Shown: positions 28,104 to 38,146 of the stretch, piece after piece
Position numbering within the stretch: position 1 is the first letter of the stretch
Layout: the number at the start of each line of letters is the position of its first letter
Source: Calditrichota bacterium
Lineage (GTDB): Bacteria; Zhuqueibacterota; Zhuqueibacteria; Thermofontimicrobiales; Thermofontimicrobiaceae
Length of the DNA stretch: 64,000 nt
Reading direction: 5' to 3'
NCBI GenBank assembly: GCA_013152715.1
Contig: JAADFU010000097.1
Span: 1,276 to 65,275 of the forward strand
Notes under the pieces: model-generated
What the model saw: only the letters and a program-made list of their open reading frames with translations
Databases searched by the model: none
What the model was told of the DNA's origin: nothing
Position numbers and translations under genes: made by a program

Positions 28104-29462
28104 TTATCGCGAAATACGAATTTCACCCCGCCAGTTGGGATTGTAAATTTCCTGACGTTCACCATTTTGCAGATCGGAATGCACGAGTTGGTAATTTCCC
28201 TGAATGCCTAAATCGACGAATACAAATTGGACGAGCGACTGTCCGCGCATGTGCTCGTAGTACCAAATTTCGTACGCCCGCGTTGACAGACTAGCGGGGT
28301 GGCGATCGACGTCGTCCGGCGGACCGTACATGATGTAAACTCTGCCGCGATCGGTCTTCCAGCCTTTAAGCGTGGGGGAACTGAAACGTTCTTTGGCAAT
28401 GTAAAATCTTTTCAAATGCTCGCTGCGAAACTTCGGGTCGATATTTTTCCAGAAATTATTGATATAATTGATTTTCGCCGGCGTCGCTAATTGATCAAAA
28501 AAGGAGCGCTCGTTTTCATCGACGATGTAGTAAATTTGCGCTTTGAATTCTTCAATATCCTCTTTGCGGTATTGTTTGAACGTCAGCATTTTGTAGGGAT
28601 TGTTGATCCAGAAATCCGCTTGTTGGCGTGCGCTCATTTTACTGGCCGCATCGGTGACAATGAGATGCAAATCATAGCTCCCGGAGATGAGATCGAGAAT
28701 ATTGATTTTTCCCACCCAAACCGATGAACTGCCTCGCGGGGAGATTTGCTTGATGTCGGATTTCACCGTATCGCCGCGATTGTCCACTAAATAATAAGCT
28801 CTGGTGAGCTTTGTGGATTTGTTGTTCATTTGCGGGATGTTGTAAATTTCTCCGTAAAAATAGACAAACGGCGATTCGATGCCGAACGCCCGCGACGGAT
28901 TGGGAATGACGTCGATTTTGTTTTTGACAAATTTGTTCCGCTCGGTTGTTTTTTTAATGGATCGCGCAAATTGGACATCGCTCAAAGCGAGCGAATCGCC
29001 GGAGAAAGCTTTTATTGTTACGGGAATAGCCGCATCGCCGCAAGCTTGTGAATTTAAATCGGTAATGTGAATTTTTGCCTGATAAGTCGCCGGATGCACC
29101 ATAAATGCAGCGATATCTAAAGTGGTCAATCCTTCAGCTTGATTCAGAGAATCAATTTGATTGAATCCCTGCCACTTTTTTTCAGCGGCTAATTTTTCAT
29201 TTGCATCGAATAAAGAAATCGAAATTTCGTAGGCTGCCAAAAAAGATTTCCCCTTGGGCTGATATTTAAATTGATAAGCAGGGATGGAAATATAAATTTC
29301 CAGATAGCCGTTGACGCCGTCGTCGTCGCCTTTAAATGCGGCCTGATCGACATAAAAACGCAATTTTTCAGCAGGAGTTGTCGTTGAATTTTCTGAACCC
29401 CAACCGGCGCTATTGAACAGCACCAGCAGCAAACAAACGTTTGTCACAAATAGCTTCTTCAT
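28104..29462 (-). CDS. GWxTD-domain protein (secreted).
   Basis: Signal peptide. C-terminal GWKTDRGRVYIMYGPPD motif characteristic of the GWxTD family. Confidence 0.6.
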   Translation of the reverse strand: MKKLFVTNVCLLLVLFNSAGWGSENSTTTPAEKLRFYVDQAAFKGDDDGVNGYLEIYISIPAYQFKYQPKGKSFLAAYEISISLFDANEKLAAEKKWQGFNQIDSLNQAEGLTTLDIAAFMVHPATYQAKIHITDLNSQACGDAAIPVTIKAFSGDSLALSDVQFARSIKKTTERNKFVKNKIDVIPNPSRAFGIESPFVYFYGEIYNIPQMNNKSTKLTRAYYLVDNRGDTVKSDIKQISPRGSSSVWVGKINILDLISGSYDLHLIVTDAASKMSARQQADFWINNPYKMLTFKQYRKEDIEEFKAQIYYIVDENERSFFDQLATPAKINYINNFWKNIDPKFRSEHLKRFYIAKERFSSPTLKGWKTDRGRVYIMYGPPDDVDRHPASLSTRAYEIWYYEHMRGQSLVQFVFVDLGIQGNYQLVHSDLQNGERQEIYNPNWRGEIRISR

Positions 29463-29481
29463 TTTGCTTTTCTTCGCTTTT

Positions 29482-30141
29482 TTAGTATTGGTAGGTATTT
29501 AGAACCTTTTGCAAATATTTATTCCAGCCGCTCTGGGGATAACTATCAATGAAATATTTGAAAATCATCGGACGGCTGACGACGTCGCCGTTGGATGCCT
29601 GAAAGCGGTCGATTTTATCATAAGAGCCGTATCTAATCTCTTGATTTTGGAAAAAAGTAAAATAGTTGTGCTTTAAATTGACAATCCGATTTTGTGGCTT
29701 TACGTCAAAAAATTCTCCGCTAAATGCAATATTCTCGCTTGGCCATATTTTGTAATTATCAACAAGAGTGCGAAATTCATTGACAATAGTCAAAAACGCC
29801 TGCCCCGACATGTTGATACGCAGCCCTTTGAGACCGTAGCGGCCGTCCGGCACATTGGGAATGAAGAAGTAACCGTTTTTGTCAGTACGCGTCCATTTGC
29901 CAAAAACTTTTTCTTTGCCATTTTCCTTGTAAATGCCGATAACTGCCACCTCAATGTTGTCAAAATAAATGTCGTTGCGATTTTGATAACCATTGTTCTC
30001 GAAAATGATAGAACCGATAATCAGATTTTTCCCTTCCACCGGCTCGTGCATCGTCGGAAGCGCGCCAGCGCAGCCAATGATAAAAATCAAAAATGGCATG
30101 AGAATTGTTATTTTTTTCATAATTTTGCTTTTGCTCCTCAT
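29482..30141 (-). CDS. Hypothetical lipoprotein. Start is 30141 or the internal ATG at 30120.
   Basis: Lipobox-like ...FIIGCAG. CarboxypepD_reg-like segment YFFIPNVPDGRYGLKG. Confidence 0.5.
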   Translation of the reverse strand: MRSKSKIMKKITILMPFLIFIIGCAGALPTMHEPVEGKNLIIGSIIFENNGYQNRNDIYFDNIEVAVIGIYKENGKEKVFGKWTRTDKNGYFFIPNVPDGRYGLKGLRINMSGQAFLTIVNEFRTLVDNYKIWPSENIAFSGEFFDVKPQNRIVNLKHNYFTFFQNQEIRYGSYDKIDRFQASNGDVVSRPMIFKYFIDSYPQSGWNKYLQKVLNTYQY

Positions 30142-30239
30142 TTCTTATGAGTCGTTTCCCAATTTGCCAAACCCTTCTGTAAGCATACGCCTACCAGAAG
30201 GGTTTGGTTTCCTCACTGCTCTGAATTTTCGAATTAAAT

Positions 30240-31268
30240 TCAAAACCCGATCTGTAAAGTTGTCACATGGACATTGCCTAAGTCGCCGTATTGCGCCATG
30301 GCGTAGTCGAAGCGCAAATCCATGTTTCGGAAAGGTATTTTCAGACCGCCGCCCCAGGTAAACTCGCCCAGATCGTAATTTTGTTTGTAACCCATGCGCA
30401 GCGCCAGAATTTTACGCCACTCATATTCCATCGCCCATTTGGCGCGCATCGGGTTGTCGAACGAATCGTTGATTTCCAAAATGAAAGAGACGCGGTTGCT
30501 CGGGTTCGGGAGAATAACGCTCTCGGCGCCGGCGATATCAAAGGCGACACCCATCTGAAAACTAATGGGCAGCGCATAATCCATGACCTGCAACTGAGCT
30601 TCTAAATTACGGTTTCCCGTTCCCGGCTGATCCGGCAACGGCGCGTAATAAAAGGTCTGCAGAGGCCCGCTATTCATCGCCATGCTTGGGCCAAAATTCG
30701 TAATGCTCATTCCCAATCGCAAACCAGTCAAACCCGGTGTGAAAATCAGTCCGATATCTCCGGAGACGCCGTCTGCTTTTTCCTGCCAGATCTGTTCATG
30801 CACCCAACGGGCGGTGACGCCAAAGGTGATTCGATCAGTCAACACGCGGGCATAACTCAGCCCGACCGCCATACTGAAATTCTGAAAAAACAAGCCGGTG
30901 CCTTCGGGGTCAAATTCCGTTGTTCGTTCTATTTTGCCAATATCCACATAATTGAATGATACGCCGAAATAATTGGCAGAGAACGGAAAAATAATGCCTA
31001 AAAATTGATGACGAATGCCTGCGTAAAGATTGGTATTGCTGTAAATTGCCTTCATTTGATTAGAAAAAGCAATCCCAGCCGGATTCCAATGCAGCGCGGT
31101 GGCATCATTGGCAAGAGCCGTAAACGCGCCGGCCAAAGCGACGGCACGGGCGCCAACCTCAAGTTTCAAGAAATTGGCAGCCGTTGTGCCGACTTTGTTA
31201 ACCTCTTGCTGCGCAAACGCGGAGACGGTTAGCAATAATATGACCAATAAAACTGTGAATTTCTTCAT
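30240..31268 (-). CDS. PorV/PorQ-family outer-membrane beta-barrel (T9SS shuttle/anchor-like), copy 1.
   Basis: Signal peptide. N-terminal GTTAANFLKLEVGARAVALAGAFTALANDATALHWNPAGIA signature of the PorV/PorQ-like family. 342 aa. Confidence 0.55.
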   Translation of the reverse strand: MKKFTVLLVILLLTVSAFAQQEVNKVGTTAANFLKLEVGARAVALAGAFTALANDATALHWNPAGIAFSNQMKAIYSNTNLYAGIRHQFLGIIFPFSANYFGVSFNYVDIGKIERTTEFDPEGTGLFFQNFSMAVGLSYARVLTDRITFGVTARWVHEQIWQEKADGVSGDIGLIFTPGLTGLRLGMSITNFGPSMAMNSGPLQTFYYAPLPDQPGTGNRNLEAQLQVMDYALPISFQMGVAFDIAGAESVILPNPSNRVSFILEINDSFDNPMRAKWAMEYEWRKILALRMGYKQNYDLGEFTWGGGLKIPFRNMDLRFDYAMAQYGDLGNVHVTTLQIGF

Positions 31269-31298
31269 CTTTTTTTATCTCCCATTTGATGGCTGTAA

Positions 31299-34200
31299 TT
31301 ATTTGACGACTGCCATTTTTCCGATACGTTTTTTGCCTGAAGGCGTTTTTACAACGTAGATATAAACGCCAAAGGAAACCTCTAAATTTTCTTTGGAGAG
31401 AAGATCCCAGCGTTCTTCGCCATAAGTGGGACTTGTGTGTTCAAGAGTCCGCACCAAATCTCCGGTTAAAGTATAAATGCGTATCGTGCATTCTGGCGGC
31501 AAATGCGTAAAACGTACTTCGTGCAAATTCCATTGCGAACTTCCCGTGTAAAGCTCCGTGCGAGAGGAGATAACGTACGGATTGGGAACAACTTTGATGT
31601 TCGCCAGATCGTCGTCCTGGATCACCTTTGCGCTGGGTTTGTAAGTTTGAAATCGGAATTGGTCATCTTTAAACGGCTTTTTTGTAGTAAAAGTAAAAAT
31701 GTCGCCAATTGACGGCGGATTTCCTACGCCCCATTCGTCCACAATCGTGGTATCCGTGCCGGAAATGACTGTGTCCGGTTTCCACGAAACGGAAAACACC
31801 CAGGTGAAAGTCCGGGCAGAAGACCCTGGCGTCAAATATTCCCACATTCTCACCTGTCCGCCATTGGGATAGCTTTCCTGCGGCGGTGTAAACAATAAAT
31901 CGATTTGAGTGGGCGGGTCCGTACTGATATTCCAGACTTGGAACGGCAGCGGCATCGTTCCCACAGCGTTGGTGTCGGAATTTTCACCCATAAATCTGAT
32001 TTCGTAATTTGCCGGAATCGCTTTTAGCCCCGTGATGATGTCAACCTGATAATCAGACGTATCGGCAGACACGGAAGTCCAGCGGGTTTCAGATTCCAGA
32101 ATATCTACTTGGTCGTAATTGATGATTTTCAGACCAACGCCGTCAAAGAACGGAAACGGCTCCGGAATAACTCCGCTGGTATCGCTGACGATGTTGGTGC
32201 TGCCGGTGACTTTGAAGACGCCGTCATCCTCGTCGAACACATTGTATTCAAGAAAGCCATTTGTGTCGGTAAAAGATAACGTGTAATTATGGCCGAGAAC
32301 TTCATTGTCATCAACGATCTCCATCTGAATGACGCCGTTGCCCACTCCTTTGATTCGTTGAAAAACAGTGTCACTGTTCGCCGGAATGTAGCCAGCCGGA
32401 TGAACTCCCGAAATAACGTCAACCACATTCAAGTCGCGAGGCGATTTGCCTTTGGAAGTTTCGTTGCAATTAAAAAAATAGGGGTCGTCATACCAGTGAT
32501 CGTAAGCGGTAATGGCGTAGCGATAACGGACGCCATTGACGACGTCATTGTCTGTCCACGAATGGACAATTCCCGTATTATTCCCGACGTAAAACCAGTA
32601 TTGATACGGATCCATTCCTGAATAGTCGTCAATTTTGTCGCATTGAAAAACCGGAACGTAAGCAAGAATATCGCCGATTTCACCGGTTTCGGTCACTTCA
32701 TATATTTCCTGGCCCCAGTCCACGTAGTCCAATTTCCTATCGACGTAGGCCCGATAGATTTTATAACCTTCAAAATCGCGTTTTTTGGTGAGGATATCTC
32801 GGGATTTTTCAGCGATATCGTCCCAGTACAGCGTGACTTTCCCGTTTTCCGTATAAACAATGGGCAAACCATCGTCGTCGACGGTTTTTGTCCCCACCGC
32901 ATTCAGTGTCGGAGTACGAGGAGGACCCGTGCCCTGGAATTTGTTATTGTACAAATCCATTGCTTTGTCAAAATTAGAAATCACATCGGCAAAACGAACC
33001 TCGTACGGATTTGTCGGAAAGCCATCGGCGTCAAGCGCGCCAGGGTTATCCTTCCCGCCGACAATACAGAAATGCAGCGGCAGCGTGTCTCCCGGAGAAA
33101 TGGAGAAAGGCCCCGACGACATCGTAAACCACAGGTCCGGGCGATTACCCGGAGCGACGGATTCCTGAATATCGCGCATTTTTTGCAGATCGTCAAATTG
33201 CGGATCGTCACCATGAAAATATTTTTGTTGCATTTGCGGTGTGAGCAGATCTTTATTGCCGCTTGCCATGGCATACATGATATTTTCCACCTCAATGCCG
33301 CGGTTGGCAGCATCGTAATCTTCCTGAGTGAAGAAATGGTATCCGGTCAAACCTATATCTTTAGGAGTTTTTAAAAAGGCAATGGCATAAGCCGAAACAG
33401 GTCCTTCGGAGTTAATATCATCTGCATCCCGATCATAGCCATCTTTGTCAAACATCAGGAAAATATTTCGTTGTGTATCGGCAAGGCAATAGTCATCTTC
33501 TGCCCAGGGATCCATCGTGTATCCCAACGGATCGCGCCCCGGCAGATCCGGGTCTATCAAAAAGCCAAAATAGAGACTATCGATGGGTTGATCGTAAACT
33601 TGACGCGTCGGGTCTTCGACGGCGACTTCGTCTTTTTTGCGATAGATCAAGTTGTAATTGAAGAAGACGATATCTTTGTAGGCAGTTGTTGAATAGCAAT
33701 AGCCTGATACTTCCATATCAAAGCCAATGGGATAACCCAAATTGTTTTCATCTCCCTGGCGAATTCCATTCCATTTGTCGTCCATGATAAAGAAAATGTC
33801 TTTATCAGAAACAAATTTGTTTTCAATGGGTTTGCCAAAAGTTGGCGACTCCGGGTCGGGATCGATTGCCCAATAACCGGGCCAATGACGCTCACCGGGC
33901 GTTTCAATGAATTGCCCATAAGTGGCTGACATTGGATCTTTATCCCAATATCCTTGAGGCCAGGAATTTGGTCTCGTGCTCGTGGCGATCAAGGGTCTAT
34001 CCGACCAGGTGTCGTCGCCCATGAGCGTTGTGCGCGATCCGTCTTTCGCCTCCCAATCAGGATAATTCGTGTCTTGTTCAGGTTCGCAGAAATAGCAGGT
34101 GATGCTTTCCAGCACGTTGTAGTATTGGCTGCGATCAACGACGTTTCCATCTTCTGTGACAATATTTGTTGCCCAGGGCTGCGGTGGAACGGCAAGAAAA

Positions 34201-34484
34201 GGAATAATCCAGCGTACTTCGCCCCAGTAGCCATGTTTACAATATGGAAAGCCGCGTCTCCCGATCATTCCGTAGTTTTCGACACCATTGACCTGCATCT
34301 CGCCGGCATCCATAAATGCTATTCCCCGGTCGAAGATGCTGGCGGGTTTCTGTAATGTCAAATTTTCGACATCGCCCAGTAATTCTTTGTTCTTCTTCTG
34401 CTGAGCCTGCAATGTCATGGCCCAGAAAAGGAATAACAGGACTGGGATGATTAGATATTTTTTCTCGTTCTTGAAACGTATCAT
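31299..34484 (-). CDS. Large (1061-aa) secreted protein of unknown function with a divergent T9SS C-terminal domain. Cargo A.
   Basis: Signal peptide. FN3-like segments (GYKIYRAY...YRYAITAYD). C-terminus VVPNPYVISS...IRIYTLTGDLVRTL...GVYIYVVKTPSGKKRIGKMAVVK. Paralogous to the 39195-42023 ORF. Confidence 0.65.
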   Translation of the reverse strand: MIRFKNEKKYLIIPVLLFLFWAMTLQAQQKKNKELLGDVENLTLQKPASIFDRGIAFMDAGEMQVNGVENYGMIGRRGFPYCKHGYWGEVRWIIPFLAVPPQPWATNIVTEDGNVVDRSQYYNVLESITCYFCEPEQDTNYPDWEAKDGSRTTLMGDDTWSDRPLIATSTRPNSWPQGYWDKDPMSATYGQFIETPGERHWPGYWAIDPDPESPTFGKPIENKFVSDKDIFFIMDDKWNGIRQGDENNLGYPIGFDMEVSGYCYSTTAYKDIVFFNYNLIYRKKDEVAVEDPTRQVYDQPIDSLYFGFLIDPDLPGRDPLGYTMDPWAEDDYCLADTQRNIFLMFDKDGYDRDADDINSEGPVSAYAIAFLKTPKDIGLTGYHFFTQEDYDAANRGIEVENIMYAMASGNKDLLTPQMQQKYFHGDDPQFDDLQKMRDIQESVAPGNRPDLWFTMSSGPFSISPGDTLPLHFCIVGGKDNPGALDADGFPTNPYEVRFADVISNFDKAMDLYNNKFQGTGPPRTPTLNAVGTKTVDDDGLPIVYTENGKVTLYWDDIAEKSRDILTKKRDFEGYKIYRAYVDRKLDYVDWGQEIYEVTETGEIGDILAYVPVFQCDKIDDYSGMDPYQYWFYVGNNTGIVHSWTDNDVVNGVRYRYAITAYDHWYDDPYFFNCNETSKGKSPRDLNVVDVISGVHPAGYIPANSDTVFQRIKGVGNGVIQMEIVDDNEVLGHNYTLSFTDTNGFLEYNVFDEDDGVFKVTGSTNIVSDTSGVIPEPFPFFDGVGLKIINYDQVDILESETRWTSVSADTSDYQVDIITGLKAIPANYEIRFMGENSDTNAVGTMPLPFQVWNISTDPPTQIDLLFTPPQESYPNGGQVRMWEYLTPGSSARTFTWVFSVSWKPDTVISGTDTTIVDEWGVGNPPSIGDIFTFTTKKPFKDDQFRFQTYKPSAKVIQDDDLANIKVVPNPYVISSRTELYTGSSQWNLHEVRFTHLPPECTIRIYTLTGDLVRTLEHTSPTYGEERWDLLSKENLEVSFGVYIYVVKTPSGKKRIGKMAVVK

Positions 34485-34553
34485 TTTTGATCTCCATATT
34501 ATTATCGGTTTAAAAAATTGAACGTGAATTCAGCGAATTAATAAAAGCAAAAT

Positions 34554-37500
34554 TTAGAGCTCCATTCTTAAACCGAAAGTAATAGATCTACGCGGTCCAA
34601 AATTGTTAATGGAAATGCCATCCATTCGCGTGGCGCTATATTCAGAGTATTGACCGCCAGGATCGGTTGCTGAGCCGGTTCTGGTGTAACCGTCCATCAC
34701 GTTTTTCCTGTCGAAAAGGTTACGAATTTGCACGTAAGCGGAATAGGTCAAACTAAACAGTTTGAAATTTTTGTATGCCCGCAAGTCGATTTGGTGAAAG
34801 AAAGGCCAGCGAGCAGAGTTTTCTTTCGCCACGTAGCCGGCTTCACCTAACGTCGGAGTGTATGGTCTCCCGCTTTCCCCCTGATAAAAAACACTTAGGC
34901 CAGCGCTTGACAATAGCCTTTTGCCGAAAAGAATCGGGCCGGCGTTCCTGGGAACACTGAAATTCAAATAAACACGAATATTGTGCGGCTGATCCCAATT
35001 CGGCTTCGTTTCGCGTTTGGGTATCGTGTTTTTGGTGTCATCGTTCCAGTATCCGTCCCACGAAGTCGGCCGCAAGACGCGCGCCTGAGACCAGGTGTAG
35101 TTAATTGTTCCTGAAAAATAGTGGCTGTACCGCTTACGAATTGCCAGATCAATGCCGCGCGCGGAACCAAAGTTGTTGTTGATGAAAACCGAATATGTAT
35201 AAGGATTCTGATGTTGGGGATCAGAATAAGCCGGCACTTGAATAGAGCCAACCTGATTGGTTGTCTCTTTTGACCAGAGAGTCACATTGATTCCCCAAAG
35301 GTTACCAATTTGATGTTGGTAACCAATTTCGTATTGGATCGACTTTTCCGGTTCCAACAGCGGATTGCCGATTATGTTGCCCAATTGCATACTCACCTGG
35401 CGAATAGCGCCTGAGGCGCGATAAAGATCGCGGTAGTTTGGCTGCTGATAAAAATGTCCAAAATTGAAATGCACGACCGAGGTGGCGGTAATCGGATAAG
35501 CGATACCAATTCGCGGGCTGACTTTCCATTTGCGTTCGCCTTTTTTAAACGGTCGATATTCCAGCCCGGGTTGCGTAAAATCTTGCTCAGCTAACGGATC
35601 CAACGGATTTTCCCACATGGCGACGGTATCCGGGAAGGCATAGTCCAAACGGCCTCCGACATTGATCACGACGCTGGCATATTCGATTTTGTCCATGATG
35701 TACAAGGCGCCTTCTTCAGGCCAGTAATTGTAAATGGTAGGATAAGCGGTAGGCCCGGTAGTGCCCTGATCGTCATGGCGAAATTGGTGAATTTTCGTAT
35801 ATTGACCGCCAAATTTAATCTGATGATGCTTGTTGACCTGGCTGGTAAAATCGATTCTGAAATCGTAGGTGTAACTGGAATCACCGGAGAAATAGCTGTT
35901 GTCATAGCGCATCCGGAAATATCCTTCCCACGGGTCGCGTACGCCATAGGTATTGCGAAAAGCGTACTGATCTTTTTGAAGCACATTCTCCCAGTCCGGA
36001 GCAAAATAATTTTTCATGCCTAAAAGATCGCCATAAGGTTTGGTCGGATCGTTGAGAATCCGCACGCGTCTGGATTCAAAAAATCGTTGAAAACGCACTG
36101 TGTAAAAAGTAGAGGGGCTTAGTGTATGATTCCAGATCAAATTGAGACGATTGCTCGTGCGGATTTGCACGTTGCGTGCCGCCATGCCGGAACGATTTCT
36201 TTGCCAGACTTGAAAATTGGTACTGCCACAGACAGGGCAAGCGTTAGGTGTTGGATCGTGAGCCCGCACCAAATTTCCGTTTTCGTCATAGCGATCGCCA
36301 AGAAGCACAGTTTTTGTGCCGCACTCATCGCAAACTAATAGACGATCGATGTTTTCTCTGGTGTCCACAGGACTCACGTCGATATTGTACCATTCCCCCG
36401 GAAGATGGTAGTAATATCCTGCACTAAAATTGTTATATTGGCTGAATGCATTGTACTGGGAAGCACTGAGCGACAATTTCATTGTTGGGTTAATGCGGTA
36501 AGTTAATTTACCTAACCAGTCAAATGAATTGTTCCAGCCCATGCCATGCCAGCCTTTCCAGATGTCCAGGGGATTGATCCAGCGATCCGCGCCATAAACA
36601 TCTTGAACGATTGTGCTGTGGACTTCTTTCAGTGAAATCGAGTCCATCTTTCCGTCTTCGAGGAAATCTTGAAACAGAACATTCGATGTCGGCAGAGTGC
36701 CGTTTTTTACCAATGGGTGATCGTTCCAGATAATGTCGTCAAATTTATAGACGCTTCCCGCTTTGGTGGAAACTTCGCTGGAAAAGAAAAAAGATAGATT
36801 GCGGACAAATGGCACTGGGCCATTAATGCTAAATTGAACATCCTGATAATTTCGAGCTCTGCCCTGTTCCGTACCTAATGCTTTTACTCCGAAAGGAACG
36901 GATGAGCTGTATTCCAACAAACCAGACAGCCGATTCCCACCCTCGCGCGTCGTTAAATTGATAACACCGGACAATGCGTTGCCATATTCCGGGCTAAAAC
37001 CGCCAGCAGACACAGTCATCTGGTTGATGGCGTTGTTGTTGATTCGTGTGGCAAAACCGCCAAACAACGGGTTCTGTACTTTCATGCCATCAACGAACAG
37101 ACCTACTTCGTTGTTTCTGCCACCGCGCATACGAATATCTTCAATTCCGCGAATGTTGTACCCTCTTTTCGCATACGGCGTGTTAGTGAGAATGGTAATG
37201 TTCGATTGCAGCGCAAGCACGCGAGTCATGTCTTCTACGGGCATGTTTTTGATTTCCTCGTAAGTTACTGTGGAAACCTTTGAAGTAACATCCGCTTCGA
37301 TGAGCGGACGTTCTGCCGTAACAACCACCTCTTCGCCAACATCAAGGACCGTCTCCTCCATAGTGAAATCCAGCTTGGTTGTCTGTCCCACTACAACCTG
37401 AACCCCAGTTTTGGTGAGCGTTTTGTAGCCCATCATGGCGCAAGAGACCGTATAGGTGCCAGGCTGAATATTAATCATGTAATAGTAGCCGTCAATGTCT

Positions 37501-37676
37501 GTGGCTGCACCTAAAGACGTGCCTTTTATCATGACATTCGCGCCGGGTAACGGTTCTCCTGTCTTTGCATCCTTCACATAGCCGGCAATTTTGCCAGCCA
37601 CTTGTGCGGATAAAGCTCCGGCTAATGCAAGCGATACGATAAAGAGCATGCAAAAGAACAGCTTGACCTTTGCCAT
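34554..37676 (-). CDS. TonB-dependent-receptor-like outer-membrane protein (CarboxypepD_reg + plug + barrel) carrying an inserted CxxC...CxxC zinc ribbon. Copy A.
   Basis: Signal peptide. ...GYVKDAKTGEPLPGANVMIKGTSLGAATDIDGYY (CarboxypepD_reg). Plug region ...NIRGIEDIRMRGGRNNEVGLFVDGMKVQNP... Insert LLVCDECGTKTV...ACPVCGST near aa 440-490. GGGGAG RBS. Confidence 0.7.
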   Translation of the reverse strand: MAKVKLFFCMLFIVSLALAGALSAQVAGKIAGYVKDAKTGEPLPGANVMIKGTSLGAATDIDGYYYMINIQPGTYTVSCAMMGYKTLTKTGVQVVVGQTTKLDFTMEETVLDVGEEVVVTAERPLIEADVTSKVSTVTYEEIKNMPVEDMTRVLALQSNITILTNTPYAKRGYNIRGIEDIRMRGGRNNEVGLFVDGMKVQNPLFGGFATRINNNAINQMTVSAGGFSPEYGNALSGVINLTTREGGNRLSGLLEYSSSVPFGVKALGTEQGRARNYQDVQFSINGPVPFVRNLSFFFSSEVSTKAGSVYKFDDIIWNDHPLVKNGTLPTSNVLFQDFLEDGKMDSISLKEVHSTIVQDVYGADRWINPLDIWKGWHGMGWNNSFDWLGKLTYRINPTMKLSLSASQYNAFSQYNNFSAGYYYHLPGEWYNIDVSPVDTRENIDRLLVCDECGTKTVLLGDRYDENGNLVRAHDPTPNACPVCGSTNFQVWQRNRSGMAARNVQIRTSNRLNLIWNHTLSPSTFYTVRFQRFFESRRVRILNDPTKPYGDLLGMKNYFAPDWENVLQKDQYAFRNTYGVRDPWEGYFRMRYDNSYFSGDSSYTYDFRIDFTSQVNKHHQIKFGGQYTKIHQFRHDDQGTTGPTAYPTIYNYWPEEGALYIMDKIEYASVVINVGGRLDYAFPDTVAMWENPLDPLAEQDFTQPGLEYRPFKKGERKWKVSPRIGIAYPITATSVVHFNFGHFYQQPNYRDLYRASGAIRQVSMQLGNIIGNPLLEPEKSIQYEIGYQHQIGNLWGINVTLWSKETTNQVGSIQVPAYSDPQHQNPYTYSVFINNNFGSARGIDLAIRKRYSHYFSGTINYTWSQARVLRPTSWDGYWNDDTKNTIPKRETKPNWDQPHNIRVYLNFSVPRNAGPILFGKRLLSSAGLSVFYQGESGRPYTPTLGEAGYVAKENSARWPFFHQIDLRAYKNFKLFSLTYSAYVQIRNLFDRKNVMDGYTRTGSATDPGGQYSEYSATRMDGISINNFGPRRSITFGLRMEL

Positions 37677-38146
37677 TTGGCTCCCCTTTCTGATTCAATT
37701 AATTATTAAAAAAAAATGCAATTCCAATTGACGAGAAATTGAGAATTGCATTCATGATTTTGGTCAATACATTTGTTATATTTTTCCTCCCTCTAGTATG
37801 CCCTATGTTATTGAATATAAAAAGAAAAAAATTAAAGTCAAGTAAAAAATGATAAAATTAAATTTTTTTTTCTTTGCAAGCAGTAAATGGAAATATTTTT
37901 CCGAAGTTGGCTAACTAACAGTAATTATTTGAGTTACTTGTTGCTCTGTAGCCACTCATTGGCTCCTTCTCATGATCTTTAAGTCGAAAACAAGCTCACT
38001 GATTTCATCCCGGCCGTTAGCCGTCAGAGATTTCACAATCTATTTTGAGCCATACCTCAAAGATGATGCAATAACGACAAAGTAAACGAAGAACTAGCAA
38101 AATCCGGGACGGAAATCAATCCCGCCCCGGCATGACAATTGAAAAA

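Noticed and set aside
32643-33374. 243-aa plus-strand ORF inside cargo A. Similar antisense ORFs at 9817-10524, 41505-41999, 44163-44681, 55912-56682 and 59393-60061.
   Set aside because: All lie antisense to long, homology-supported genes. Compositions are atypical (Arg/Cys/His-rich) with no start signals. I treat them as spurious.
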